A DNA stretch of 63,966 nt, counting the filler, from Acidimicrobiia bacterium (lineage in GTDB: Bacteria > Actinomycetota > Acidimicrobiia > Spongiisociales > CAZKJJ01): assembly GCA_046759765.1 (NCBI GenBank). It is 5 parts of 5 records of this genome, joined end to end, with 100 filler letters (N's around TTAATTAATTAA, not from the genome) between each part and the next. Parts side by side here need not be neighbours in the genome. Positions count along the whole stretch, not along the records: positions 15,584 to 30,938 come from JBHICV010000050.1; 4 more parts are not named here. One strand, 5' to 3'. Each line of letters opens with the position of its first letter. Positions within the stretch are counted from its first letter, which is position 1. The notes under the pieces are model-generated. The model made no database searches. It worked only from the letters and a program-made list of their open reading frames with translations, and was not told where the DNA came from. A program made the translations under genes and the position numbers. Below are positions 20,301 to 28,988 of this stretch, in pieces.

Positions 20301-21482
20301 CTAACCAGGCGTCACTGCTTGACCGATCAGCTCGACGGCCTCTGCAAGACGGTCGACCGGTTCGTTGGAGTAGATGATCCGGAAGTGGCCAACTGCGGTC
20401 GATGGACCCCAAGTGGCCATCGGTGTGACGGCGACGTTCACTTCGTCCAGCAGGCGCTGAGCCAGCTTGGCGTCGTCCGGCTCGATCTCTCGATGGTCGA
20501 CGAGCAGCCACCATCCACCGTCCGGACTAACGCAGGAGAGGCCGGGGACCGCGTTGATTCCGTCGACCACCACATCGCGCCGACGCTGCAGCTCCTGCCT
20601 TCGCGTGTCCAAGTCGGCCTCCATCCTTGCCGGGTCCTCCACCAGCGCGACAACGCCGGCCTGCTGGTAACCACCCGTGAGCGTTCCGTTGTACACGTGT
20701 GCGCGCGCAATCGGCTCGACCGCCGAGGCCGGACCGAGCACCCATCCGATCCGCCAGGCGGTCAGATTGAAGTCCTTCGAGACTCCGTCCACGACGATGG
20801 TCCGATCCCGCAAGTCGGGCCAGGTGGCGATATTCAGCGGTGGGGTATCGGCGTAGGTGGTCCGGCTGCTCGTGGCGGAGTAAACGACCCACAGATCAAG
20901 CCGGCGCGCGAGCTCGGCGATCGCTTCGATCTCAGCTTGCGTGTAGGTAACGCCGGTGGGCATGTTCGTCGCGTTGATGACGATCGCCTTCGTCCTGGTC
21001 GTCGCTCGGTTCTCGAGTTCCGTGAGGTCGAGTCGCCACCCCTGCTCTTCCCTGAGAGGAACGAACTGTGGCTCTCCATGGGCCAGGCGTATTCGGTTGA
21101 TGATCCCGGAGTAGGCCGGTTCCGGTGTGATCACACCGTCGCCCGGCTCGAGCAACGTCAACAGAACCGACATCAGCCCTTCCTGAACCCCGTTGGTGAT
21201 CAGGATCTCCGTCTGCCAGTTGTAGTCCAGCTCGTGCTCGCGTTTCGTCAGCCCGGCAATCGCCCGGCGTAGCTCTCTAAGACCGACGAGTGGCAGCCAG
21301 CTGTTGTATTCGTCCAAGCCCACGGCTGCCCTCGTTGCCTCTACGACCCAATCCGGCGGCGGGATATCGCTATCGGCGTTCTCCAGCCGATACGGAGATC
21401 CCGACCGCTCGTCGGCCTGATCGCCCATGATGTCCAGCCCGATCCTGGGTATTTCGGTCATTCGCCCTGAAATCTCTGCCAT
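20301..21482 (-). CDS. PLP-dependent aminotransferase class I/II
   Basis: ITNGVQEG, NMPTG, VSKDFNLTAWRIGW (PLP lysine). Confidence 0.87.
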   Translation of the reverse strand: MAEISGRMTEIPRIGLDIMGDQADERSGSPYRLENADSDIPPPDWVVEATRAAVGLDEYNSWLPLVGLRELRRAIAGLTKREHELDYNWQTEILITNGVQEGLMSVLLTLLEPGDGVITPEPAYSGIINRIRLAHGEPQFVPLREEQGWRLDLTELENRATTRTKAIVINATNMPTGVTYTQAEIEAIAELARRLDLWVVYSATSSRTTYADTPPLNIATWPDLRDRTIVVDGVSKDFNLTAWRIGWVLGPASAVEPIARAHVYNGTLTGGYQQAGVVALVEDPARMEADLDTRRQELQRRRDVVVDGINAVPGLSCVSPDGGWWLLVDHREIEPDDAKLAQRLLDEVNVAVTPMATWGPSTAVGHFRIIYSNEPVDRLAEAVELIGQAVTPG

Positions 21483-21520
21483 TCCGAACTCCTTCCTGCG
21501 AGGCTATTGAGCGCTCTGAG

Positions 21521-22094
21521 TCACAGCCGCTTCGCTACCACTACGACCACCGGGTAATCCGAACCCTCGTGACCATGGGCGTGCTTAGTTATCTCTATTT
21601 CCGCGCGAGAGGCTTCGAAGTCGTCGAGATGCTCTGTGACCTCTTCCAGCGTGAGGAGGTCGTCGTCGTTCCACAGCCCCGCGGTCTGATCGAATTCAAC
21701 AACCATCAGAGTGCCTCCGCGCTTCACGGCCCCAGCCGCCGTGGCCAAACCATGGGAGCGACCGGACCCCCGCGGTGGCTGCGCGTATGTGCTGAAGACC
21801 AGATCAAAGAGCTGATTTGGCTCCCAAACCTCGAGGTCGCCAACCAGGAACGAAATCGCCACGCCCGCCGATTGGGCCGCGGCTTCGGCCTGGGCGATTG
21901 CGGAGGGGGCGAAATCGACTCCTGTTAACGTCCAGCCACGCTGCGCGAGCCAAACGCTGTTCTGCCCTGCTCCGCAGCCAAGATCCAAGGCGGTTCCCGG
22001 TCGGAGCTCGGAGGCGAGCTTGGTCAAAGTGGACGTCGACCGGAGTCGGGGTCTCACCCGCGGCGTAGGTAGCATCCCATTCACTGCTGTTCAT
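21521..22094 (-). pseudogene. Class I SAM methyltransferase with apparent 1-nt frameshift near 22030
   Basis: N-term MNSSEWDATYA in one frame; TLTKLASELRPGTALDLGCGAG in another. Confidence 0.7.
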
Positions 22095-22127
22095 TGCTCC
22101 CGCTTCCGAGCGCCTTGCCGTCAGGCC

Positions 22128-24770
22128 TCACACAGTGCTGGTCGAAGCCTCTCCGCCAAGGGACGCATGCGCAGCAGCCAGCCGGGCCACCGGCAGGCGC
22201 GGCGGGCTGCACGACACGTAGTCGAGGCCCGCCTCGTCGAAGAAGACTATCGATCCGGGATCTCCCCCGTGCTCGCCGCACACTCCCACCTCGAGACCTG
22301 CCTTGGCTTCCTTTCCTTCGCGCGTTGCTAGCTCAACGAGCCTCCCGACACCGGTGGGGTCGAAGGACGCAAAAGGGTTGTCGGTCAGTATTCCGTCGTC
22401 GATATACGCCCCCAAAAAGGAGCCTTCGGCGTCGTCGCGACTGAAGCCGTATGTCATCTGGGTCAGGTCGTTCGTGCCAAAGGACAGAAAGTCGGCCCAC
22501 TCGGCGATGTCGCCGGCCGTAAGAGCAGCCCGCGGGATCTCGATCATCGTTCCGACGAGCACGGGAAGGTCCAGATCGGACTCAGAAGTGATCTCGGCCA
22601 ACTCGCGTTCGATCATCTCCCGTGATCGACGGAGCTCCTCGCCGGTGGTCACGAAGGGAATCATGATTTCCAGATGAGGGTCTCCGCCTGCCTCGAGCCT
22701 CCTCTCAACGGCCGTCAAGGCTGCCCGCACCTGCATGAGGTAGAGCTCTGGCATCAGTATCCCCAGTCTCACTCCGCGCAGGCCGAGCATCGGATTGTCC
22801 TCTTCCCAACGTGCCACCTCGGCCATCAGCTCTGCGATTTCCTCGCTCGGTTGGCCGGCTGCTACCGCCTCGTCGCGTTGGAGTTCGAGAGCCCAGCGGT
22901 CGGGAAGGAACTCGTGAAGTGGGGGATCGAGCAGCCGTACGATCACCGGGAGGCCATCCATGACTTCGAGGATGGCGGTGAAGTCCTCCACCTGAAGGTC
23001 GCGCAGCTTCTCGAGGGCCGCCTTCCGCTCGTGTTGGTCTCGTCCGAGGATGATCTGCTGAACAATCGGCAGCCGCTCGCCCAGGAACATGTGCTCGGTT
23101 CTGGCCAGCCCTATGCCTTCGGCTCCAGAGTCTCGCGCCCATTCGGCATCACTCGGTGTGTCGGCGTTCGCTCGCACACCCAGACGGCGGAACCGGTCCG
23201 CCCATTCGAGCAGTTGGTCGAGTTCCGGCGTCGACTCTGCGGCCACCAGTTCGATTGTTCCGACGAAGACACGTCCCGTTGTTCCGTCGATCGTCACGTT
23301 GTCTCCTGCCGACACCCGTACCCCGTTGACCGCCAAGAAGCCCTCGGACTCTTCGATCTCCAGCTCGGCCGCGCCGGTGACCGCCGGCTTGCCCATGCCT
23401 CGCGCCACCACCGCGGCATGGCTCGTCTTGCCCCCGTGGCTCGTCAATACACCGCTGCAAGCAGCCAGGCCATGGATGTCGTCGGGATTTGTCTCGCGCC
23501 GGATCAGGATCACTTCCGTGCCGCCGGCGACCTTGGCTACCGCCGTGTCCGCGTCAAAGACGGCCTCGCCGGAGGCCGCGCCGGGCGAGGCGGCCACGCC
23601 GGTGGCGATGGGTTCGAATGGCACGACATCTGGTAGTCGAGGATGAAGGAGCTGATCGAGCGAGCCCGGGTCGACCCTCAGGACGGCCTCACGTTCATCG
23701 ATGAGACCCTCGGACACCATCGAGGTTGCGATGCGTACGGAGGCGTGAACAGTTCGCTTTCCCACGCGCGTCTGGAGCATCCAGAGACGGTTCCCCTCGA
23801 TCGTGAACTCGAGGTCGCACATGTCGCGATAGTGCTTCTCGAGTATCTCCATCACGTCCCGCAACTCCTCCCATCGGTCCGGATGGAGTTCGGCGAACTT
23901 GGCCAGAGAAAGGGTGTTGCGGATGCCGGCGACGACGTCTTCTCCTTGGGCATTGGGCAAGTAGTCGCCATAGGGGGACTTCGCGCCCGTAGCCGGGTCT
24001 CTCGTAAAGCACACGCCGGTGCCACTCTCCGGCCCCAAGTCCCCGAAGACCATCATCTGGATGTTGCAAGCGGTTCCAAGGTCGCCTGGGATTCCATGCA
24101 GTTCTCGATACGTGTGTGCCCGGGGGTTGTTCCACGAGTGGAAGACTGCGCGGACTGCCGCTTCGAGCTGCTCATAGGGATCGGCGGGAATCTCTCGGGC
24201 GGAGTGATCCCTGACGATGTCCCGGAACCGCTGGGCGGCTTCGTCGAGCTCGGTGGCCGTGAGCTGCGAATCGTCCTTCACGCCCCGCCGGCTCCTGAGT
24301 TCCGTCAGCACGGCCTCGAACGAATCACCCGCAACTCGGAGCACGACCTTGCCAAACGTCTGCACGAACCGTCGATCAGCGTCGGCGGCGAACTCGCCTG
24401 TGCCCCATTGAGCCAGACCATCGACGACCTCCGCAGTGATACCGAGGTTGAGGATCGTGTCCATCATTCCCGGCATCGAGTACTTCGCTCCGGACCGAAC
24501 CGATACCAGCAGAGGCAGTCCGTCGGCACCCCCGAACGAGCGAGAGGTGAGCTCCTCGAGGCGCTCGATGGCTTCCAGGATCTCATCCCATAGGCCGGGT
24601 GGCAGGTCTCCATCGCCCTCCAGGAATGCTCGGCATGCCGCAGTCGTAATGATGAAGCCAGGAGGAACCGGAACCCCGAGGTGGGTCATCTCGGCAAGCC
24701 CGGCCCCCTTTCCTCCAAGTAGTTCCTTGTCCGACCCGTCTGCCTCGCGAAAATCAAAAACATATGGCAT
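22128..24770 (-). CDS. ppdK: Pyruvate, phosphate dikinase
   Basis: LGGKGAGLAEM, SVRSGAKYSMPGMMDT, GGKTSHAAVVARG, SFGTNDLTQ, GVCGEHGG. Confidence 0.96.
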   Translation of the reverse strand: MPYVFDFREADGSDKELLGGKGAGLAEMTHLGVPVPPGFIITTAACRAFLEGDGDLPPGLWDEILEAIERLEELTSRSFGGADGLPLLVSVRSGAKYSMPGMMDTILNLGITAEVVDGLAQWGTGEFAADADRRFVQTFGKVVLRVAGDSFEAVLTELRSRRGVKDDSQLTATELDEAAQRFRDIVRDHSAREIPADPYEQLEAAVRAVFHSWNNPRAHTYRELHGIPGDLGTACNIQMMVFGDLGPESGTGVCFTRDPATGAKSPYGDYLPNAQGEDVVAGIRNTLSLAKFAELHPDRWEELRDVMEILEKHYRDMCDLEFTIEGNRLWMLQTRVGKRTVHASVRIATSMVSEGLIDEREAVLRVDPGSLDQLLHPRLPDVVPFEPIATGVAASPGAASGEAVFDADTAVAKVAGGTEVILIRRETNPDDIHGLAACSGVLTSHGGKTSHAAVVARGMGKPAVTGAAELEIEESEGFLAVNGVRVSAGDNVTIDGTTGRVFVGTIELVAAESTPELDQLLEWADRFRRLGVRANADTPSDAEWARDSGAEGIGLARTEHMFLGERLPIVQQIILGRDQHERKAALEKLRDLQVEDFTAILEVMDGLPVIVRLLDPPLHEFLPDRWALELQRDEAVAAGQPSEEIAELMAEVARWEEDNPMLGLRGVRLGILMPELYLMQVRAALTAVERRLEAGGDPHLEIMIPFVTTGEELRRSREMIERELAEITSESDLDLPVLVGTMIEIPRAALTAGDIAEWADFLSFGTNDLTQMTYGFSRDDAEGSFLGAYIDDGILTDNPFASFDPTGVGRLVELATREGKEAKAGLEVGVCGEHGGDPGSIVFFDEAGLDYVSCSPPRLPVARLAAAHASLGGEASTSTV

Positions 24771-24836
24771 CGAGGTCCATTATTGCGGGTTGGCCGAGCC
24801 TGCGAATCGGAGACGCCGACTCGTTACGATTTCAGT

Positions 24837-25295
24837 ATGGAGGAGCTCAGCCGCGACGAGATCGAGCAGCTCCTCGAATCCGAGGATGTGGCGCACATCG
24901 CGGTGTTCTCGGAAAGCGAGCCGTACGTGAGTCCCGTCTCGTACGTGGTCTCACGAGGCGAGATCCTGTTCCGAACCGGCCCCGGCCGCCGGCTCAGCGC
25001 TATCCAGGAAACGCCTCGCGTATGTGTCGAGGTCACTCGTTACGACCCCGAGTCCGGAGACTGGAGGAGCGTTATCGGCTGGGGTGACGCGTACATCGTC
25101 TCCGAGGAGCTCCGATCAGCCGAGACGGTCTCCCAGTTGCTTAGCAAGTACCAACATGTCATGGGCAGTCCGCTTTCCTTCAGTGCCGGAGCGCCCTTGG
25201 GGGAGGAAGTGGTCGTGGCTATCCGTCTGGATCAGGACTCCGGTCGCTCGTCCGGGACCCTCTTCGGGCCCAAGAGTCGACCCGGGCGTCTCTAA
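24837..25295 (+). CDS. Pyridoxamine 5'-phosphate oxidase-like flavin-binding protein
   Basis: PYVSPVSY, FRTGPGRR, VCVEV, WRSVIGWG; translation maps to the + strand although the track labels it '-'. Confidence 0.85.
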   Translation: MEELSRDEIEQLLESEDVAHIAVFSESEPYVSPVSYVVSRGEILFRTGPGRRLSAIQETPRVCVEVTRYDPESGDWRSVIGWGDAYIVSEELRSAETVSQLLSKYQHVMGSPLSFSAGAPLGEEVVVAIRLDQDSGRSSGTLFGPKSRPGRL

Positions 25296-25300
25296 CTCGT

Positions 25301-26407
25301 TCAGCGGGGCAACCGAATAGCTACGTCGGTCCCGGATCCGGGTGCCGACTTGATCTTCAGCTCACCGCCGCGTTGGGTTACCCGCAAGGCGATGTTGTCC
25401 AGGCCCATGCCGCGCGCTACGACTTCAGGGTTAAATCCGACTCCGTCGTCCACCACTGAGATGGTCACCGTGTCTCCCTCCATGCGGACATCCACCGCGA
25501 CCTGGGCGGCGTTGGCGTGACGCAGCGCGTTACTCAAGGACTCGCGAACCACCAGACTGGCCGTCTCGGTGGTGGACTCTGACACGCCGCCGAAATCCCC
25601 GTCGAGGGAAAGATCGATCGAGGCCTTATACGCCAAGGACATCTCTGTCACAAGGCTTCTGATCTCTCTCGCTAGCTGTCGCCGAGCCCAGATCGGCGGG
25701 CGGAGATCGAATATGAACCGGCGAAGCGCAGCGATGCTCATGTCGAGCTGGTCGACGGCCGCATTTATTCGCTCTCGACCCTCGCCTTCCAGTTCCGCGC
25801 TCAGGCTCTGGAGCGACAGACCCACGGCGTATAGGTCCTGGATGATGGCGTCGTGCAGGTCCCGGGCGATCCGGGCGCGATCCCCGATCAGCGCCGCCCG
25901 CAGCAACTCCTCCGACGCCCGGGCATTGCTGATAGCCGACGCCGCTATCACCGCGAGCGACTCCGTCACCGCCTGGTCGGAGTCCGTGAAGCCACCGACT
26001 TTCTCGGTCAGGTAGAGATTGCCGAATAGGCGATCGCCTACTTGGATCGGCACTCCCAGGAAGGTCTCCATCTCAGGATGATGCGGAGGAAAACCGACGG
26101 ACTCCGCATGATCCGCAATGCGATCGAGTCGCAGAGCCGACCCCCTGCTGACCAGCCCGAGGATCCCCTTACCTTCCGGATAGTGACCGATCGCGCGTGC
26201 TGTTGAATCGTCGATGCCCGCAAAGTGGAAGTCGATCAGGAGCCCATCCGGGCCCACAACGCCGATGGCTCCATATCGTGCGCCCGTAAGCTTCATCCCG
26301 CGCTCGACCGTTGCTTGCAGCACGTCTTGCAGCTGCGCCTGGCTGGCTACGACCGCGGCGCTTCTGATCAGCTGCGACAGGTCGCGGCTGCCGAGGGGTT
26401 CAGTCAC
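25301..26407 (-). CDS. GAF-domain HisKA_3 sensor kinase (DevS/DosT-like)
   Basis: GARYGAIGV, GFPPHHPEMETFLGVPI, FGNLYLTEK, RIARDLHD. Confidence 0.9.
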   Translation of the reverse strand: MTEPLGSRDLSQLIRSAAVVASQAQLQDVLQATVERGMKLTGARYGAIGVVGPDGLLIDFHFAGIDDSTARAIGHYPEGKGILGLVSRGSALRLDRIADHAESVGFPPHHPEMETFLGVPIQVGDRLFGNLYLTEKVGGFTDSDQAVTESLAVIAASAISNARASEELLRAALIGDRARIARDLHDAIIQDLYAVGLSLQSLSAELEGEGRERINAAVDQLDMSIAALRRFIFDLRPPIWARRQLAREIRSLVTEMSLAYKASIDLSLDGDFGGVSESTTETASLVVRESLSNALRHANAAQVAVDVRMEGDTVTISVVDDGVGFNPEVVARGMGLDNIALRVTQRGGELKIKSAPGSGTDVAIRLPR

Positions 26408-26437
26408 GGCCGGGATCGTACAAGCGCCCGGGCAGCC

Positions 26438-26474
26438 GTGACATTCGGCCCGCCGCTCGTAGGTCGTCGGACCC
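26438..26474. promoter_or_regulatory. Two DosR/DevR-box-like sites in the divergent promoter
   Basis: GTGAC-ATTC-GGCCC (26438-26451) and AGGTC-GTCG-GACCC (26461-26474) resemble GGGAC-N4-GNCCC. Confidence 0.55.
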
Positions 26475-26524
26475 AAGCCTCATGAGCCGACCTGCAGCTA
26501 CGGTGCTTCCGGAAGGAGGTCGGA

Positions 26525-27199
26525 TTGGCGCTCAAGGTCCTTCTGGTCGACGACCACGATGTGGTCAGGCAGGGCGTTCGCGCCTTGCTCGAGGCCGAAG
26601 ACGACCTCGAAGTCGTCGGTGAGGCCGGGACTTCTGCCGAAGCGGTCAGAAGGGTCGGATACGACAGCCCCGACGTGGTGGTAATGGATCTTCGGCTGCC
26701 TGACGGAACTGGGATCGAGGCCTGCCGCGAGATACGTTCTCGTTTCGAAGACACGCGAGTCCTGATACTTACCTCCTACGCCGACGAAGAGGCCCTGCTG
26801 TCGGCGATCATGGCCGGTGCCTCCGGTTACGTCCTCAAGCGGATCAGGTCCGACGAGTTGGTCGCCAGCATCCGCAGGGTGGGTGGGGGTGAGTCGCTGC
26901 TCGACGCAGAGATGACCGAGAAGCTGTTCGAGAAGCTTCGCGGAGAGGACTCGTCTGACCCTCTCTTGCAACGCCTATCGCCCCAGGAGAAGAAAATGCT
27001 CGATGGCATCGCCCGCGGTCTGACTAATCGAGAGATCGCGGAAGAGATGTTCCTGGCTGAGAAGACCGTGAAGAATTACGTCTCAAACGTCCTGACCAAG
27101 CTAGAGATGAGCCGTCGCAGCGAAGCCGCTGCCTACGCGGCCCGCCTCGAGGCCCAGCGTGGTCAGCTGTATCCGCCGGAGGAGTGGGAAGAGGCATGA
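26525..27199 (+). CDS. NarL/LuxR response regulator (DevR/DosR-like)
   Basis: AIMAGASGYVLK, GLTNREIA, MFLAEKTVKNYVS. Confidence 0.9.
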   Translation: MALKVLLVDDHDVVRQGVRALLEAEDDLEVVGEAGTSAEAVRRVGYDSPDVVVMDLRLPDGTGIEACREIRSRFEDTRVLILTSYADEEALLSAIMAGASGYVLKRIRSDELVASIRRVGGGESLLDAEMTEKLFEKLRGEDSSDPLLQRLSPQEKKMLDGIARGLTNREIAEEMFLAEKTVKNYVSNVLTKLEMSRRSEAAAYAARLEAQRGQLYPPEEWEEA

Positions 27200-27269
27200 G
27201 GCCGAACCTCGTCGGGCTCGAAGCGACTACCTTGGCCTGTATCCCGGACGATTCCCAGGAGGTGGCAAC

Positions 27270-27926
27270 TTGAAGGTCCTCGACGTCATGAGCGACGGTG
27301 TAGTAACGGCCACGCCGGACGAGAGCCTCAAGCAGGCCGCCGCCAAGATGGTTCAGGCTCAAGTAAGCGGACTTCCCGTGCTCGACGCGGACGGGAAGCT
27401 GGTGGGGATAATCACCGAGGCGGATTTCCTCCGCCATGAAGCATCGCGGGCGGGTGCCGGCCGGACGAGTCTGCTGGGTGCCCTGTTCGATCGTCAGCCA
27501 CCGCCTGAGCCTCTCACGGTTAAGGAGTCGATGACAGAGGACCCCGTCGTTGTTCTGCCCGACGTGAGCTTGGCTGAGGCGGCCCGCGTGATGGCGGCCA
27601 AAGGCGTAAAGCGGCTCCCGGTTGTGGACACAGAAGGGCGTCTGATGGGAATCGTGTCCCGGGCTGATGTAGTGACAGCCTTCACAAGGCCGGACGAGCT
27701 GATCGAGGACGAGATCCGAGAGGATGTTATCCGCAGAATCCTGTTCCTGGATCCCGACTCGATCTCCGTTGAGGTCGACGAAGGGGAGGTCACGCTGAGC
27801 GGTGAGTTGGACAACGAGTCGGATTCCCGTCTGCTCGAAGAGCTGGTTCGCAGACTGGACGGCGTGACCCGAGTCGAGAATCGATTGACGTGGCAGGTAG
27901 CGGAGGCCTCCAAACCGGGTCTCTAG
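27270..27926 (+). CDS. CBS-pair plus BON domain protein
   Basis: SGLPVLD..GIITEAD, KRLPVVD..GIVSRAD; C-term GEVTLSG..GVTRVENRL; TTG after GGAGG. Confidence 0.88.
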   Translation: MKVLDVMSDGVVTATPDESLKQAAAKMVQAQVSGLPVLDADGKLVGIITEADFLRHEASRAGAGRTSLLGALFDRQPPPEPLTVKESMTEDPVVVLPDVSLAEAARVMAAKGVKRLPVVDTEGRLMGIVSRADVVTAFTRPDELIEDEIREDVIRRILFLDPDSISVEVDEGEVTLSGELDNESDSRLLEELVRRLDGVTRVENRLTWQVAEASKPGL

Positions 27927-27980
27927 CCGGGACTCGCTCCGTTGGTGCTTTGCTAGGCGGTTCGGTACGAATGGTGAGTT

Positions 27981-28403
27981 ATGCCTGACGACCTCGAGAT
28001 CACTCCGGACCTCGCGATAAGTCCCCAACATCTCGAGTGGCGGTTCTCGACGGCCGGTGGGCCGGGCGGGCAGCATGCCAACCGGTCGGCCACCCGCGCC
28101 GACCTCACGGTGAACCTGCGTGCCGCGCTGCCCAAAGATGTGGCCGAGAGGCTCCTCGAGCGTCTCGGCAACAGAGCGAAAACGGGTGAGGTGACTGTAT
28201 CGGTGGACGAGACGCGATCCCAGAGTCGAAACCGGCAGATCGCCAGAGACCGGATGGCGGACCTCCTTTCCTCTGCCCTCCACGAGCCGGAGCCGCGTCG
28301 CCCCACCAAGCCCACCAAGGCCTCCAAAGAGCGCCGGTTGCGAGACAAGCGGCACCGCAGCGAGGTGAAGGACCTGCGGAAGCCGCCGCCGGAGGGTGGT
28401 TAG
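27981..28403 (+). CDS. arfB: Alternative ribosome-rescue peptidyl-tRNA hydrolase ArfB
   Basis: GGPGGQHAN, RSQSRNR, basic tail RRPTKPTKASKERRLRDK. Confidence 0.92.
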   Translation: MPDDLEITPDLAISPQHLEWRFSTAGGPGGQHANRSATRADLTVNLRAALPKDVAERLLERLGNRAKTGEVTVSVDETRSQSRNRQIARDRMADLLSSALHEPEPRRPTKPTKASKERRLRDKRHRSEVKDLRKPPPEGG

Positions 28404-28414
28404 GGGGCGGTAGG

Positions 28415-28468
28415 CGGTTTCCTGGCAATGCACGCGTCGGAAACCGACGCGTCGATTGACACAAACCG
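28415..28468. repeat. REP-like palindromic element
   Basis: CGGTTT..CAAT-ACGCGTCGG-AAA-CCGACGCGT-ATTGAC..AAACCG; similar to 47182-47232. Confidence 0.75.
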
Positions 28469-28488
28469 GAAAGTACCCTCCTCAGCGG

Positions 28489-28950
28489 ATGGGAGTCGAG
28501 AACCCACTTCAGATCGAACCTACGGTCGAGTTCGCGATCCTCGCCGACGCCGTTCAGGCCTCCCAGGGCAAGCTCTTCATTCTCGGTGGGGGTTGGGACA
28601 CACTCTTCGTACGGTCGTTCCCCGCCCAGCACCACGCGCTCGGCATCGCACTGCGTCTCCGCGTTCCGTGGGCGGCCGCCGGCACGAAGCTCTCCTTGAC
28701 CATCGATCTCGAGGACGAGGACGGCACCAGCATCCTGAGCGGAAAGAAGCTGCGACACGACTTCGTGACCCGTCAGCCTCGCGGGGTGCCCGAAGGAAGC
28801 GATCTTGGCATCGTGCGTGCCTTCACGTTCAACAACGTTCCGCTTCCAAGCCCGGGGAGCTACTCGTTCGTGATCTCGGTCGACGACCAAGAGCTCCACC
28901 GGCTTCGCTTCTTCGCCCGTTCTCGTCAAGGCCCTCCCGCCATCACGTAA
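28489..28950 (+). CDS. Conserved hypothetical beta-rich protein (DUF6941-like)
   Basis: FAILADAV..GKLFILGGGWD, PGSYSFVISVD pattern. Confidence 0.7.
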   Translation: MGVENPLQIEPTVEFAILADAVQASQGKLFILGGGWDTLFVRSFPAQHHALGIALRLRVPWAAAGTKLSLTIDLEDEDGTSILSGKKLRHDFVTRQPRGVPEGSDLGIVRAFTFNNVPLPSPGSYSFVISVDDQELHRLRFFARSRQGPPAIT

Positions 28951-28988
28951 CACGAAGGTTGGGGTTAGGGCCTCTACCCTCCCAGTTC

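Noticed and set aside
24783..25295. ORF track entry labelled minus strand
   Set aside because: The listed protein is encoded on the + strand (TTG CGG GTT GGC from 24783). Annotated as + with the ATG at 24837.
27024..28433. 469-aa minus-strand ORF and other long antisense ORFs (e.g. 53196-54608, 62637-63710, 1072-2115 alternate frame)
   Set aside because: They overlap well-supported genes and have no motifs; long shadow ORFs are expected in high-GC DNA.
28456..28479. TTGACA as a sigma-70 -35 box
   Set aside because: No -10 at proper spacing; the hexamer is part of the palindromic repeat arm.
28428..28988. 187-aa N-terminal extension of the S9 peptidase
   Set aside because: It overlaps a better ORF (28489-28950) in another frame; peptidase-like sequence starts at GTG 28989.
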